In this document: positions 29,561-38,775 of the stretch, in pieces | Numbering within the stretch: position 1 is the stretch's first letter | How the letters are laid out: the number at the start of each line of letters is the position of its first letter | From: an uncultured Bordetella sp. | Lineage (GTDB): Bacteria; Pseudomonadota; Gammaproteobacteria; Burkholderiales; SG8-41 | Direction of reading: 5' to 3' | Assembly: GCA_964433345.1 (NCBI GenBank) | Contig: CAYSQJ010000004.1 | Coordinates: 109,381 to 173,380, forward strand | DNA: 64,000 nucleotides | Program-made: the position numbers and the translations under genes | The notes under the pieces: model-generated | Databases searched by the model: none | Told to the model about the DNA's origin: nothing | What the model saw: the letters and a program-made list of their open reading frames with translations, nothing else

Positions 29561-30451
29561 TTGAACGTCGGATTCATAGGACTGGGCGCGATGGGGCGTC
29601 ACATGGCGCTGCACCTGATGAAAGGCGGCCATCGCATGGGCGTGTGGGCGCGCCGCGCCGAAAGCGCCGCGCCGCTGGTCGCTGCGGGCGCGACGCGCCA
29701 TGACACGCCGGCGGCGCTGGCTGCGGCATCGGATGTCGTGTTCACGATGGTCACCGCCTCGAGCGATTTCGAGCAGGTGGTGCTCGGCAATGAGGGCATC
29801 ATCCACGGCGCGAAGTCCGGCAGCGTGGTGGTCGACATGGAGACCATTTCGCCGGCGGTGGCGCGCGCGGTCGCGCGGCGGCTTGCGGAGAAGGGTATCG
29901 ACATGCTGGATGCGCCGGTGTCGGGCGGGCCGATGGGCGCCGAGCAGGCGACGCTGTCGATCATGGCCGGCGGCAAGGCGGAAGTTTTCGGGCGCGTGAA
30001 GCCGCTGTTCGAATGCATGGGCAAGACCGTGACCCGCGTCGGCGACAGCGGTGCCGGTCAGATTACCAAGGCCTGCAACCAGCTCGCGCTGCTGGTGGCG
30101 GCGCAGGGCGTCGCCGAATCGCTGCATCTTGCGCAACGCCTCGGTGCCGATCCGGCAAAGGTGCGTGAAGTGATGATGGGCGGCGTGGCCGCGAGCCGGG
30201 TGATGGAGCTTTTCGGCAAACGCATGGTGGAGCGCAACTTCGACAACGGCATCGACACCCGGCTCTACCACAAGGACCTTGGTATCGTGCTCGACCTTGC
30301 CCACGAGGCCTGCGTCGCCATGCCCGCCGGCGCGCTGGTGCTGCAGCAGATCAACGCGCTGATGGGGCAGGGGCGCGGCCGCGACGACCTCGGCGTGCTG
30401 ATCACGATCCTCGAAACCATGTCGGGCCCGGGCGGCCCGCGGGAGAAATGA
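29561..30451 (+). CDS. NAD(P)-dependent 3-hydroxyacid dehydrogenase (tartronate-semialdehyde / 3-hydroxyisobutyrate reductase family)
   Basis: TTG at 29561 follows a GAGAGGAG RBS (the ORF opens at 29543). VGFIGLGAMGRHMALHL Rossmann motif, DAPVSGG and KACNQ motifs. Confidence 0.85.
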   Translation: MNVGFIGLGAMGRHMALHLMKGGHRMGVWARRAESAAPLVAAGATRHDTPAALAAASDVVFTMVTASSDFEQVVLGNEGIIHGAKSGSVVVDMETISPAVARAVARRLAEKGIDMLDAPVSGGPMGAEQATLSIMAGGKAEVFGRVKPLFECMGKTVTRVGDSGAGQITKACNQLALLVAAQGVAESLHLAQRLGADPAKVREVMMGGVAASRVMELFGKRMVERNFDNGIDTRLYHKDLGIVLDLAHEACVAMPAGALVLQQINALMGQGRGRDDLGVLITILETMSGPGGPREK

Positions 30452-30452
30452 G

Positions 30453-31427
30453 ATGAGCTTCACGCAACCCGAACCGGCCACTCCGCGCCTGACCCGCTCC
30501 GAACTGGCGGTACCCGGCATCAACACGGCGATCTTCGGGAAGGCCGCCAAATCCGCCGCCGATGTGATTTTCCTCGACCTCGAGGATGCCGTCGCGCCGG
30601 ATGACAAGCCGCAGGCACGCAAAAACGTTGTCGCCGCGCTGAACGACATTGACTGGGGCAGCAAGGTGATGGCGGTGCGCATCAACGGCCTTGATACCCA
30701 TTACATGTACCGCGACGTGGTTGACCTGGTCGAGAACTGTCCGCGCCTCGACATGCTGGTGATTCCGAAAGTCGGTGTGCCGGCAGACGTCTATGCGCTG
30801 GACATGCTGGTGACCCAGATCGAAACCGCGCAGGGGCGCAGCAAACGCATCGGCTTCGAGGCGCTGATCGAAACCGCGCTGGGAATGGCCAACATCGAAG
30901 CCATCGCCCAGTCGAGCCGCCGCCTTGAGGCGCTGGCCTTCGGTTCCGGCGACTTTGCGGCTTCGACCCGTGCGCGCACGACCATCATCGGCGGCCTGCA
31001 TCCGGAATACGGCGTGCTGTCGGACCGCGATGCCGAAGGCCGGCGTTCCTACCAGCAGACCGATCCCTGGCATGCGGCGCAGGCGCGGCTGCTGGTGGCC
31101 TGCCGCGCCTACGGCCTGCGGCCGATCGACGGGCCGTACGGCGATTTCAGGGACGCCGAGGGTTATCTTGCCGCCGCGCGCCGCGTCGCCGCGCTGGGTT
31201 ACGAAGGCAAATGGGCGATCCATCCATCGCAGATTGAAGCGGCGAATGCGGTATTCAGCCCTTCGCCGGAAGAAGTGGGGAAGGCGCGTCGCATCGTGGA
31301 CGCGATGGCGCAGGCCGCGCGCGAGGGCAAGGGCGCCGTGCAGGTCGACGGCCGGCTGGTCGACATCGCCAACATCCGTATGGCCCAGAACCTGCTGCAG
31401 AAGGCGGATGCGATATCCGGGCGCTGA
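30453..31427 (+). CDS. mcl: HpcH/HpaI-CitE family lyase, L-malyl-CoA/beta-methylmalyl-CoA lyase-like
   Basis: 324-aa ORF. FLDLEDAVAPDDK, VRINGLDT, IPKVG, GKWAIHPSQI and GRLVDIA blocks follow my recollection of Mcl-type lyases along the full length. Confidence 0.7.
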   Translation: MSFTQPEPATPRLTRSELAVPGINTAIFGKAAKSAADVIFLDLEDAVAPDDKPQARKNVVAALNDIDWGSKVMAVRINGLDTHYMYRDVVDLVENCPRLDMLVIPKVGVPADVYALDMLVTQIETAQGRSKRIGFEALIETALGMANIEAIAQSSRRLEALAFGSGDFAASTRARTTIIGGLHPEYGVLSDRDAEGRRSYQQTDPWHAAQARLLVACRAYGLRPIDGPYGDFRDAEGYLAAARRVAALGYEGKWAIHPSQIEAANAVFSPSPEEVGKARRIVDAMAQAAREGKGAVQVDGRLVDIANIRMAQNLLQKADAISGR

Positions 31428-31506
31428 GGTGCTACACCGCGGCGGCAAAATTGGCTAGACTGGATTCCCAGCCGGTGTCCGTCGGCAAACCCCGGAGGAG
31501 GGGATC

Positions 31507-31935
31507 ATGAAAACAGTCAGCCAGTTGTTGCAGGGCAAGGGCGGCAATGTGTGGTCGATATCCCCGGAGTCCAGCGTGTTCGACGCGCTGAAACTGATGG
31601 CGGAGAAGAACTGCGGCGCGTTGCTGGTGATGAGTGACGGCAAGCTGCGCGGCATCCTCTCCGAGCGCGACTATGCGCGCAAGGTCATTCTGCTCGGCAA
31701 GTCCTCCCATGAACTGTCGGTGAGCGAGATCATGTCGGACAAGGTGGTCTGCGTCCGTCCGTCGCAGACCGTCGACGAGTGCATGGCGTTGATGAGCAGC
31801 AAGCGTATCCGCCACCTTCCGGTCCTCGAGGGCGGCGAGGTCATCGGCGTGCTGTCGGTGGGCGATCTGGTCAAGGCGTTCATCGAGATGCAGCAGGAAA
31901 CCATACAGCAGCTCGAAAGCTACATTCACAGCTGA
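31507..31935 (+). CDS. CBS-pair domain protein
   Basis: 142-aa ORF with two CBS repeats (GALLVMSDGKLRGILSERD and HLPVLEGGEVIGVLSVGDL). GGAGGAGG RBS. Confidence 0.85.
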   Translation: MKTVSQLLQGKGGNVWSISPESSVFDALKLMAEKNCGALLVMSDGKLRGILSERDYARKVILLGKSSHELSVSEIMSDKVVCVRPSQTVDECMALMSSKRIRHLPVLEGGEVIGVLSVGDLVKAFIEMQQETIQQLESYIHS

Positions 31936-31980
31936 AACCCGGCGCCGGCCGGTCCGGTGCCTCATCCTGAGTCGATCACC

Positions 31981-32730
31981 ATGAAATTCGGCGCCATCAT
32001 CATCGGCGATGAGATCCTGTCGGGCAAACGCCAGGACAAGCACTTCGCCAAGGTCATAAGCACGCTCGGCGAGCGCGGCCTCGAGCTGTCCTGGGCCCGG
32101 TATCTGGGCGACGATCCGGAACTGATCACGGCCACGCTCAGACAGACCTTCGCCGGCACCGATGCCGTGTTCTGCTTTGGCGGCATCGGCGCGACGCCCG
32201 ACGACCATACCCGGCAGTGCGCCGCGCGTGCCGGGGATGTTCGCCTGAAACTGCATCCGCAGGCGGAAGCCGAGATACGTTCGCGTTTCGTCGACGACCC
32301 GAAAGGGGTGACGCCGCAGCGGCTGACGATGGGCGAATTTCCCGAAGGCGCGGAGATCATCCCCAACCCGTATAACCGCATTCCCGGATTCAGTTTCCGC
32401 AACCACCACTTCCTGCCGGGTTTTCCGGAGATGGCCTGGCCGATGATGGCCTGGGTGCTCGACCATCGTTATGGCGGACTCAGTGCCGAGCGCGCCGCCG
32501 AGGCGGCGATCATCGTGCGCGAGGCCGGCGAGAGCCAGTTGATCGAATTGATGAACGAATGCCTGCGTGCCTATCCGGCGCTGAAGGTGTTCAGCCTGCC
32601 GCGGGTGACGCCGGAGCGCTACATCGAGCTCGGCGTGCGCGGCAGCGCGGCGCAGGTGCCGCAGGCGATCGCAATGCTCCAGGCCGGCGTGAGCCGGCTG
32701 GGGTTTCCGTGGACGCCGGTGGCGGCCTGA
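31981..32730 (+). CDS. MoCF-biosynthesis/CinA-like molybdopterin-binding domain protein
   Basis: Start MKFGAIIIGDEILSGKRQD inside ORF 31957-32730. GGIGATPDD motif. Confidence 0.75.
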   Translation: MKFGAIIIGDEILSGKRQDKHFAKVISTLGERGLELSWARYLGDDPELITATLRQTFAGTDAVFCFGGIGATPDDHTRQCAARAGDVRLKLHPQAEAEIRSRFVDDPKGVTPQRLTMGEFPEGAEIIPNPYNRIPGFSFRNHHFLPGFPEMAWPMMAWVLDHRYGGLSAERAAEAAIIVREAGESQLIELMNECLRAYPALKVFSLPRVTPERYIELGVRGSAAQVPQAIAMLQAGVSRLGFPWTPVAA

Positions 32731-32752
32731 GATACCGGAACTGCCTTACATG

Positions 32753-32787
32753 AAAAAAGCCCCCGGAAAATTCCGGGGGCTTTTTGT
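32753..32787. terminator. Bidirectional rho-independent terminator
   Basis: AAAAAAGCCCCCGGaaaattCCGGGGGCTTTTTGTTT lies between convergent genes ending at 32730 (+) and 32814 (-). Confidence 0.85.
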
Positions 32788-32813
32788 TTGCTGCGGGCTG
32801 CGTGGAAAGCGGC

Positions 32814-33362
32814 TTACGCGGCTTTCTTGGTGGCCTTCTTCACCGACGCGGTCGCCTGCGTGGCGGCGGCTTCAAGATTGGACTGGGTGGCCTGGGCGAA
32901 CTGCTTGGCGACTTTCGACAGGTTGTCGTACGCGGAGTTGACGGCGGCGATACCCGACTTGATCGCGGCGATGCCGACTTCAGAGCCCGCCGGGGCGGTC
33001 TTCACCAGTTTGTCGAGGCCGGCGACGACTTCCTTGTTGAATTCGGCGACCTGGCCCTCGACCAGCTTGCCGAACTCGGCTTGCGTTTCGGTCGCGCAGT
33101 CGTACATGCTCTTGACGTAGGCGGTGGCTTTTTCCAGGCTCGGTTGCGCCATGTTGTCCTTCAGCGCGGCCAGTTGCTGGAAATCCTTGACGGCGGCCAG
33201 GGCTTTCGCGCCTTCGAAGCTGTCGGCAAAAGCGGCTTTGGTCGCTTTCAGCTGCAGCTCCATCATGCGCTCGGCGCCCTCGATCGCCACGCCGGCGAAT
33301 TTCATCGCGGCTTCGAGGTTGGCTTTGTTCAGTGCAATAAGTTGCTCGGGGGTCTGATACAT
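32814..33362 (-). CDS. phaP: Phasin (PHA granule-associated protein)
   Basis: 182-aa ORF. Ala/Lys/Glu-rich amphipathic sequence MYQTPEQLIALNKANLEAAMKFAGVAIEGAERMMELQLKATK is typical of the phasin family. AAGGAGA RBS. Confidence 0.85.
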   Translation of the reverse strand: MYQTPEQLIALNKANLEAAMKFAGVAIEGAERMMELQLKATKAAFADSFEGAKALAAVKDFQQLAALKDNMAQPSLEKATAYVKSMYDCATETQAEFGKLVEGQVAEFNKEVVAGLDKLVKTAPAGSEVGIAAIKSGIAAVNSAYDNLSKVAKQFAQATQSNLEAAATQATASVKKATKKAA

Positions 33363-33553
33363 GATTAATCTCCTTTAAAACTATATAGTTAGGAGGTTTA
33401 ACCCTCCGCTTTGGGTGCAGATATATTGCACCGCACAATTTGAATTATAGGGTCTGAAAGAGGCATGTCAAGGGTTGGGGCAAAATAAATATTGCATTGC
33501 AACATTCAAGGCAGGCAATCATCCATTTTGATACACTGGCTCGCGCAGCCTTT

Positions 33554-33587
33554 TTATAAAATATTGTTTATAATCAAATATTTATAA
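33554..33587 (-). repeat. AT-rich intergenic repeat, copy F (reverse)
   Basis: The plus strand reads TTATAAAATATTGTTTATAATCAAATATTTATAA. Its reverse complement aligns with copies A-E. It contains AATCAAATATTTA, which fits WATCAANNNNTTR. Confidence 0.7.
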
Positions 33588-33647
33588 TGCTCACTATCGG
33601 ATTATTAGTCCGACCAGAACCTTTTAACCGAAGACTGTGAAAACGCC

Positions 33648-33986
33648 ATGACCACCCTGTTCAGCAAGATCATTAACCGCGAAATCCCGGCCGACATCGT
33701 CTACGAAGATGAGCGCTGCCTGGCCTTCCGCGACATCAATCCGCAGGCGCCGATTCACGTATTGCTGATCCCGAAGCAGGAAATTCCGAAGCTGGCGGAT
33801 GCGGCGGACAGTGACCAGGCGCTGCTGGGCCATCTGCTGCTGGCTGCGGGCAAGGTCGCGCGGCAGCTCGGCGTGGGGGATGCCTTCCGCCTGGTGGTGA
33901 ACAACGGTGCCGGCGCCGGACAGACGGTGTTTCATCTCCATCTGCATCTTCTTGCCGGGCGACCTTTGCACTGGCCGCCGGGATGA
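33648..33986 (+). CDS. HIT-family nucleotide hydrolase (HinT-like)
   Basis: 112-aa ORF with histidine triad FHLHLHLL and N-terminus FSKIINREIPADIVYED. Confidence 0.9.
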   Translation: MTTLFSKIINREIPADIVYEDERCLAFRDINPQAPIHVLLIPKQEIPKLADAADSDQALLGHLLLAAGKVARQLGVGDAFRLVVNNGAGAGQTVFHLHLHLLAGRPLHWPPG

Positions 33987-35570
33987 TCAGTCGACGACCA
34001 GTGTCGGCAGTTCGATCGTGAACTGCACCCCGCTGCCGTCCGCAAGGTCGGTGGCGCTGGCGCGGCCGCGGTGGAATTCGGCCACCAGGCGAACGATGTA
34101 CAGGCCCAGCCCGAGATGAATGTCGGGCGCCTGTGCCTTGCGTGCGGATTGCATTGATTCGAACAACTGCAGGTCCGCAGGCAGTCGCGGGCCGCGGTTG
34201 CTCACCGTGAGCAGGGCGGTGGTGCCGCGCATCGCCAGCGCTACCGTCACCGGTGTGCCCGGCTCGGCGAAATCAGCGGCGTTGGCGGCGAGCTTGTCGA
34301 GCATCTGCGCGAAGAGTTGCGGGGCGCCATTGAGCATCACCGGATGTCCCGGCAGCTGCAGCTCGAAACGGCGTTCAGGATAGGCGGCGGAGTAGCCCGC
34401 GACACAGCCGGCCAGCACTGCGGCCGCATCGTAGCGTTCTCGCGCGCTGTCGCGCACCGCCTGCTCCAGCCGGGTGGCTTCCGCCATACGCGTCAGCACG
34501 GTGTCGAGCCGGTGCAGGCCGTCTTCCGCCCGCTCCAGGTACACGCCGCTGTCTGCAGGCAGCCCCTTCAGCCGCAGGTTGTCCAGAGAGGAGCGCAGCA
34601 CCGCGAGCGGCGTGCGCAGTTCGTGGGCGAGGCGGCGGGCGAGGTTTTCAAGGTAGGCGTTGGTGTCGGCCAGCCGCTTCAGCGCGAGCGAAAAGCTGCG
34701 CGAGAGGTCGCCGATTTCGTCACGCGCCGTGCTCGCGGACACCAGGGCTCGCACCTGTCCGCGGGAGTCGATGGCCTGTTCCGCCTCATCTCGCAGGCGC
34801 CTCAGCCGCAGCGACAGCCGCGAGGCGAACAGCAGCAGCACCAGCGCCGCCGCGCCGAAGGCGATCAGGGTGACCGCGATCAGCCGCTCGATCGCGCGGT
34901 GGCGGAATGAGACCGCGGCAGCCGTGCTTTCCTCGACGATGGCAACGCCGACGACGGTTTCGCCGATCCACACCGGCTGGGTGACGCTGACGATGGGCGG
35001 GCTGCCGCCGGGACCCGGCCGGCGCCGTGTGGAAGCGGCGCCATCAAGCGCGCGCTCGATCTCGCGCCCGCCGAAAATGAGGTCATCGGGGATGAATTCC
35101 TCCGCCGGCAGTGCAGGCGCATCGAGCCAGCGCGCCAGCAGGGGCCGCAGCACGGCGCGTACCGCATGTTCGACGACCCCGAAGGTGGTTTCGGCGCCGG
35201 TGCTTCCGCTGTCGCCGGCGATGTCACCGGCCACCGCAATCAGCTGCAGCCGGCGATCCACAACCCAGATGCGCAGGCCGGCGCGGGCGATGCCGGTGAC
35301 CAGCGTGCGTACTTCGGCGCGCGCTGCCTCGCCGTCTGCGGAGTCCTCCTGCAGGATGGCCAGCCGCGGCCGGTCGTGCAGCGCCGCCGCGATGGCACGC
35401 GCCGCTGCCGAGAGCTGGCGTTCCTGCTGTTCGCGCAGCAGCTGTTCGGTGGCACTGACATAGGAGTAACCGGCCCAGGGAATGACCAGCAGGACCAGCG
35501 CCACCAGCACGATGCGGCCGCGCAGCCCGATCGCGGGCAGCGCCCGGGAGTTCAGTCCGAGCTCCGCCAC
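33987..35570 (-). CDS. Sensor histidine kinase
   Basis: C-terminal part of ORF 33987-36341. A GTG at 35570 overlaps the regulator stop. One N-terminal helix, a periplasmic region and a second helix. H-box HELRTPLAVL and ATPase motifs (VSNRGPRLP, GLGLYIV). Confidence 0.8.
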   Translation of the reverse strand: MAELGLNSRALPAIGLRGRIVLVALVLLVIPWAGYSYVSATEQLLREQQERQLSAAARAIAAALHDRPRLAILQEDSADGEAARAEVRTLVTGIARAGLRIWVVDRRLQLIAVAGDIAGDSGSTGAETTFGVVEHAVRAVLRPLLARWLDAPALPAEEFIPDDLIFGGREIERALDGAASTRRRPGPGGSPPIVSVTQPVWIGETVVGVAIVEESTAAAVSFRHRAIERLIAVTLIAFGAAALVLLLFASRLSLRLRRLRDEAEQAIDSRGQVRALVSASTARDEIGDLSRSFSLALKRLADTNAYLENLARRLAHELRTPLAVLRSSLDNLRLKGLPADSGVYLERAEDGLHRLDTVLTRMAEATRLEQAVRDSARERYDAAAVLAGCVAGYSAAYPERRFELQLPGHPVMLNGAPQLFAQMLDKLAANAADFAEPGTPVTVALAMRGTTALLTVSNRGPRLPADLQLFESMQSARKAQAPDIHLGLGLYIVRLVAEFHRGRASATDLADGSGVQFTIELPTLVVD

Positions 35571-36247
35571 CGGTAGCCCAGCCCGTACACCGTATCGATG
35601 TGGTCGAAGTGCGGATCCACCGCTGCGAATTTGCGGCGCATGCGCTTGATGTGCGAGGTGATGGTGCTGTCGTCGACGACGATGTGTGCCTCGGCCATCA
35701 GCTGCTCGCGATTCTTGACATGGCCCGGATGGCGCGCCAGCGCGTGCACCAGCCAGAACTCGGTCAGCGTGAGATCGACGGCGCGGCCGTTCCAGCGCAC
35801 CGTGAAGCGCTTGAGATCTATGGTCAGCGCGCCGCGGTTCAGGGTTTCTTCGCCGCCTTCGGCTGCGGTGCCCAGCGCGGCGCGGCGGAACAGCGCCGCA
35901 ACGCGCGCCAGCAGGTGGGGCAGACTGACGCTCTTGGTGACATAGTCGTCGGCGCCCAGGCGCAGGCCGGCGACCATGTCGAACTCGTTGTCGCGTGCAG
36001 TGAGAAAAATGATCGGCAGCGTCGCCGACTGGCTGCGCAGTTCGCGGCACAGTGCGAAGCCGGCATCGGGTTCGCTGCCGAGTCCGATGTCGAGCAGCAC
36101 CAGGTCGGGCAAGCCTGCCTGCAGGCCGGCCATGGCCGAGGCACGGTCGGCGTAGAGCTGCACCGTGTAACCATGTGCTTTCAGGGCATCGGCGTAGTTC
36201 GCGCCGATGGCGGGATCGTCCTCGATGATGGCGATGCGCTGGGTCAT
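35552..36247 (-). CDS. OmpR-family response regulator
   Basis: Start MTQRIAIIEDDPAIG inside ORF 35552-36310. Receiver motifs DLVLLDIGL and ADDYVTK. Winged-helix C-terminus (VYGLGYRW). Confidence 0.88.
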   Translation of the reverse strand: MTQRIAIIEDDPAIGANYADALKAHGYTVQLYADRASAMAGLQAGLPDLVLLDIGLGSEPDAGFALCRELRSQSATLPIIFLTARDNEFDMVAGLRLGADDYVTKSVSLPHLLARVAALFRRAALGTAAEGGEETLNRGALTIDLKRFTVRWNGRAVDLTLTEFWLVHALARHPGHVKNREQLMAEAHIVVDDSTITSHIKRMRRKFAAVDPHFDHIDTVYGLGYRWRSSD

Positions 36248-36408
36248 GATGGTCGCGCCGACTATACCGCAGCAGCGGCGGCACCGCCGTGGCTGCCACT
36301 GCTTTGCCACAATTCATCGCCGCTTTGCCATGTCGCTGCATCGCGCTGCCACTCCGGCCTGTTCAAATGATCCTGCCCGATCGGGGCACATTTCACAGGA
36401 GGCCACAC

Positions 36409-36570
36409 ATGAACGCATCCCCGGACGCCACCATCACCCGAACCGTCCTCACAGCCCGGCAGATTGCCTGGGACTTCTGCATCTGGCTGGCGCGCGCGGC
36501 GGCGACCGGCGTGCTGATCGGTGTCGCCTGCGCAGCGGTGGTGCTGCTGCTGGCGACGACGAGCGGCTGA
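36409..36570 (+). CDS. Hypothetical small membrane protein (53 aa)
   Basis: ATG at 36409 lies 7 nt after AGGAGG. One hydrophobic helix (GVLIGVACAAVVLLLA). It is divergent from the two-component operon. I recognise no family. Confidence 0.35.
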   Translation: MNASPDATITRTVLTARQIAWDFCIWLARAAATGVLIGVACAAVVLLLATTSG

Positions 36571-36852
36571 ACGCGCAGGGCGCTGCGGGCCGGTGATTGG
36601 GGCTTGCGTGGGAAACCCGGCTGATTTTTCCGGTGATCACGACGTGGCATGGCGGAAGCCCTGCCGGTACCCAGTTTCTGGCCCACAGCGCCTTGAAGGG
36701 CAAGCTGTGCAACCAGCTAATCAATAAAAAAGATCCAAAAAGATCCCCGTGTTTGCCATCGCTTTCATATCGCCATGCAAAGCACGCTGGATATTTCCCG
36801 CTTCGCCGTTCACTGCCACCAATCGTCAAATACCAAGGGCTGGTGTCAAGCT

Positions 36853-37923
36853 TCACGCCGCGTTTCTGGCGCGGGCCTCGCTCATGATCTCGTCGAGGGT
36901 CACGCTCTGGCCCCTGCGCTCGATCGATTTAAGTGCGGCGTTGGTCATCGCCACTGCGACATTGCCGTTGTGCGCGGTCAGTTCGCCCGGCTTGCCCGAC
37001 AGGCAGCTGTCGGCAAAGGCCTCGAGTTCGGTGCGGAACATGTCGGATTCGGGCAGGCTGATCTCTTCCCGCTTTGCCCAGCCGTCCTTGCCGCGCTGGA
37101 TGTAGAACACGCAGTGCTTGTGCAGCAGGTGGGGGGTGTCCCAGCTACCGACATCGATCTCGTAATGCACCAGTCCCTTCGAGCCAAACACTCGCACCGA
37201 AAACACGCCGGGCGAGGTCCAGCAGGAGCCGACATAGCCGATCTTGCCGTCCTTGAAGCGCACCAGGTTCATCGACTGGTCGTCGACTTCGGCGCCGACC
37301 GGCGACAGCTTGGAGGCCATCGAGGAGACTTCCTGCACCTCGCCGCCGAGCAGGTGCAGCACGTCGAACTGGTGGATCGCCAGCTGCGACAGCGGGCCGC
37401 CGGGCGCGCGATCCTTGTACCAGCGCCAGGTCTGGGGCGTGAGTTCCAGCGCGCGTTCGTTGGAGAAGTTGGCCTCGATGAAGGCGACGCGGCCGAGTTC
37501 GCCGGCGTCGATCTTCTCCTTGATGATGCGGATGCCGGCCATCAGCCGTGCGCTGTGGCCGACGGTGACGGTGACGCCGTGCTGCTGCTGCAAGGCCTCG
37601 ATCTTCAGGCCGTCTTCCAGGGTCTGCGAGATCGGCTTCTCGGTGTAGACATGCTTGCCTGCCCTGGCCACGAGCTCGGCCAGCGGCAGATGCTGCTCGT
37701 TGGGCACGGTGAGGATAACGCCCTTGATTTCCGGATTCGACAGCATGGTTTGCATGTCGGCGACGGCCGGCACGCCGAACTCCGCAGCGAAGGCGTCGCG
37801 GTTCTCCCGGGAACGGCTGTATCCGGCGACGATCTGCAGCTTGTCCGACTGCTTGGACGCGCGGGTCAGCACCCTGGCCCAGCGGCCCAGCCCGACGATA
37901 CCGACCTTGACTGGCGTACTCAT
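36853..37923 (-). CDS. Gfo/Idh/MocA family oxidoreductase
   Basis: 356-aa ORF. N-terminal Rossmann motif VKVGIVGLGRWA and an EKP motif (YTEKPIS). Confidence 0.85.
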   Translation of the reverse strand: MSTPVKVGIVGLGRWARVLTRASKQSDKLQIVAGYSRSRENRDAFAAEFGVPAVADMQTMLSNPEIKGVILTVPNEQHLPLAELVARAGKHVYTEKPISQTLEDGLKIEALQQQHGVTVTVGHSARLMAGIRIIKEKIDAGELGRVAFIEANFSNERALELTPQTWRWYKDRAPGGPLSQLAIHQFDVLHLLGGEVQEVSSMASKLSPVGAEVDDQSMNLVRFKDGKIGYVGSCWTSPGVFSVRVFGSKGLVHYEIDVGSWDTPHLLHKHCVFYIQRGKDGWAKREEISLPESDMFRTELEAFADSCLSGKPGELTAHNGNVAVAMTNAALKSIERRGQSVTLDEIMSEARARNAA

Positions 37924-38067
37924 GTTGCGTCTCCTCGCTGAATGGACATCAATGGAATCCCTTGCAGTCGCCCGGCTGCCGGCGCGGCAGCCCGGGGCTT
38001 GCCGCGGGCGGCACGCCGTAATATCGTATTACGGTATTTCAGGGCAGGTCAACGCAAGCTCAGGTCA

Positions 38068-38775
38068 ATGGTCATGAATCTTCCGAAAATCGAAGGTGTT
38101 CGAAAGCTTGCGGCACCACTGCGGCTGCAGGTGCTGGACGGGCTGCGGCGCGCGATCATCGACGGTCGTCTTGCGCCGGGCGCGCGGCTGATTGAACGCG
38201 AGCTGACGGAAATGATGGGCGTATCGCGCACGGTGATTCGCGAGGCGCTGCGCCAGCTGGAGTCCGAGGGCCTGATCACCAATGTGCCGAACAAGGGCCC
38301 GGAGGTGCGCGAATTGTCGCCGGACGAGGCGAAGGATCTCTATACCATCCGCGCAGTGCTGGAGGGGCTTGCGGCGCGGCTCTTCGTGCAGAACGCGGAA
38401 GCCCGCGAGCTGAAGGACCTTGCAGAGGCTCTCGAGCTGGTCGCGGACGCCTATCAAGGCGGAAATGCGCAGGACGTGCTGGAATCCAAGAATCGCTTCT
38501 ACGAGGTGCTGTTCGAGGGCGCAGGCAGCGAGACGCTGTCGTCGATGCTCGGCACGCTGCACGCGCGCATCTGGCGCTGGCGCGCGCTGGGCCTGTCGCA
38601 TCCGCGGCGCTCGGGCAGTCGCTCCCGGGCAAGTGTCAAGGGTCTGCGCGCGATGCTGGCGGCGATCCGCAGGCGGGATGCCGATGCCGCCGAGCGGCTG
38701 ACGCGCGAGGAGGCGCAATCCGCTGCCGCCGAAATCATGCGCCTGATGGAACCCGGCATGCAGGGCGCGGAATGA
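38068..38775 (+). CDS. GntR-family transcriptional regulator (FadR/FCD subfamily)
   Basis: Internal Met of ORF 37942-38775. Winged HTH LIERELTEMMGVSRTVIREALRQLESEGLI, plus an all-helical C-terminal domain. Confidence 0.8.
   Translation: MVMNLPKIEGVRKLAAPLRLQVLDGLRRAIIDGRLAPGARLIERELTEMMGVSRTVIREALRQLESEGLITNVPNKGPEVRELSPDEAKDLYTIRAVLEGLAARLFVQNAEARELKDLAEALELVADAYQGGNAQDVLESKNRFYEVLFEGAGSETLSSMLGTLHARIWRWRALGLSHPRRSGSRSRASVKGLRAMLAAIRRRDADAAERLTREEAQSAAAEIMRLMEPGMQGAE

Noticed and set aside
36571-36852. A possible ncRNA (6S, riboswitch or similar) in the 280-bp gap.
   Set aside because: I could not recognise any known RNA family consensus or a convincing conserved-looking structure by eye. 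It stays an open question in the findings rather than an annotated feature.
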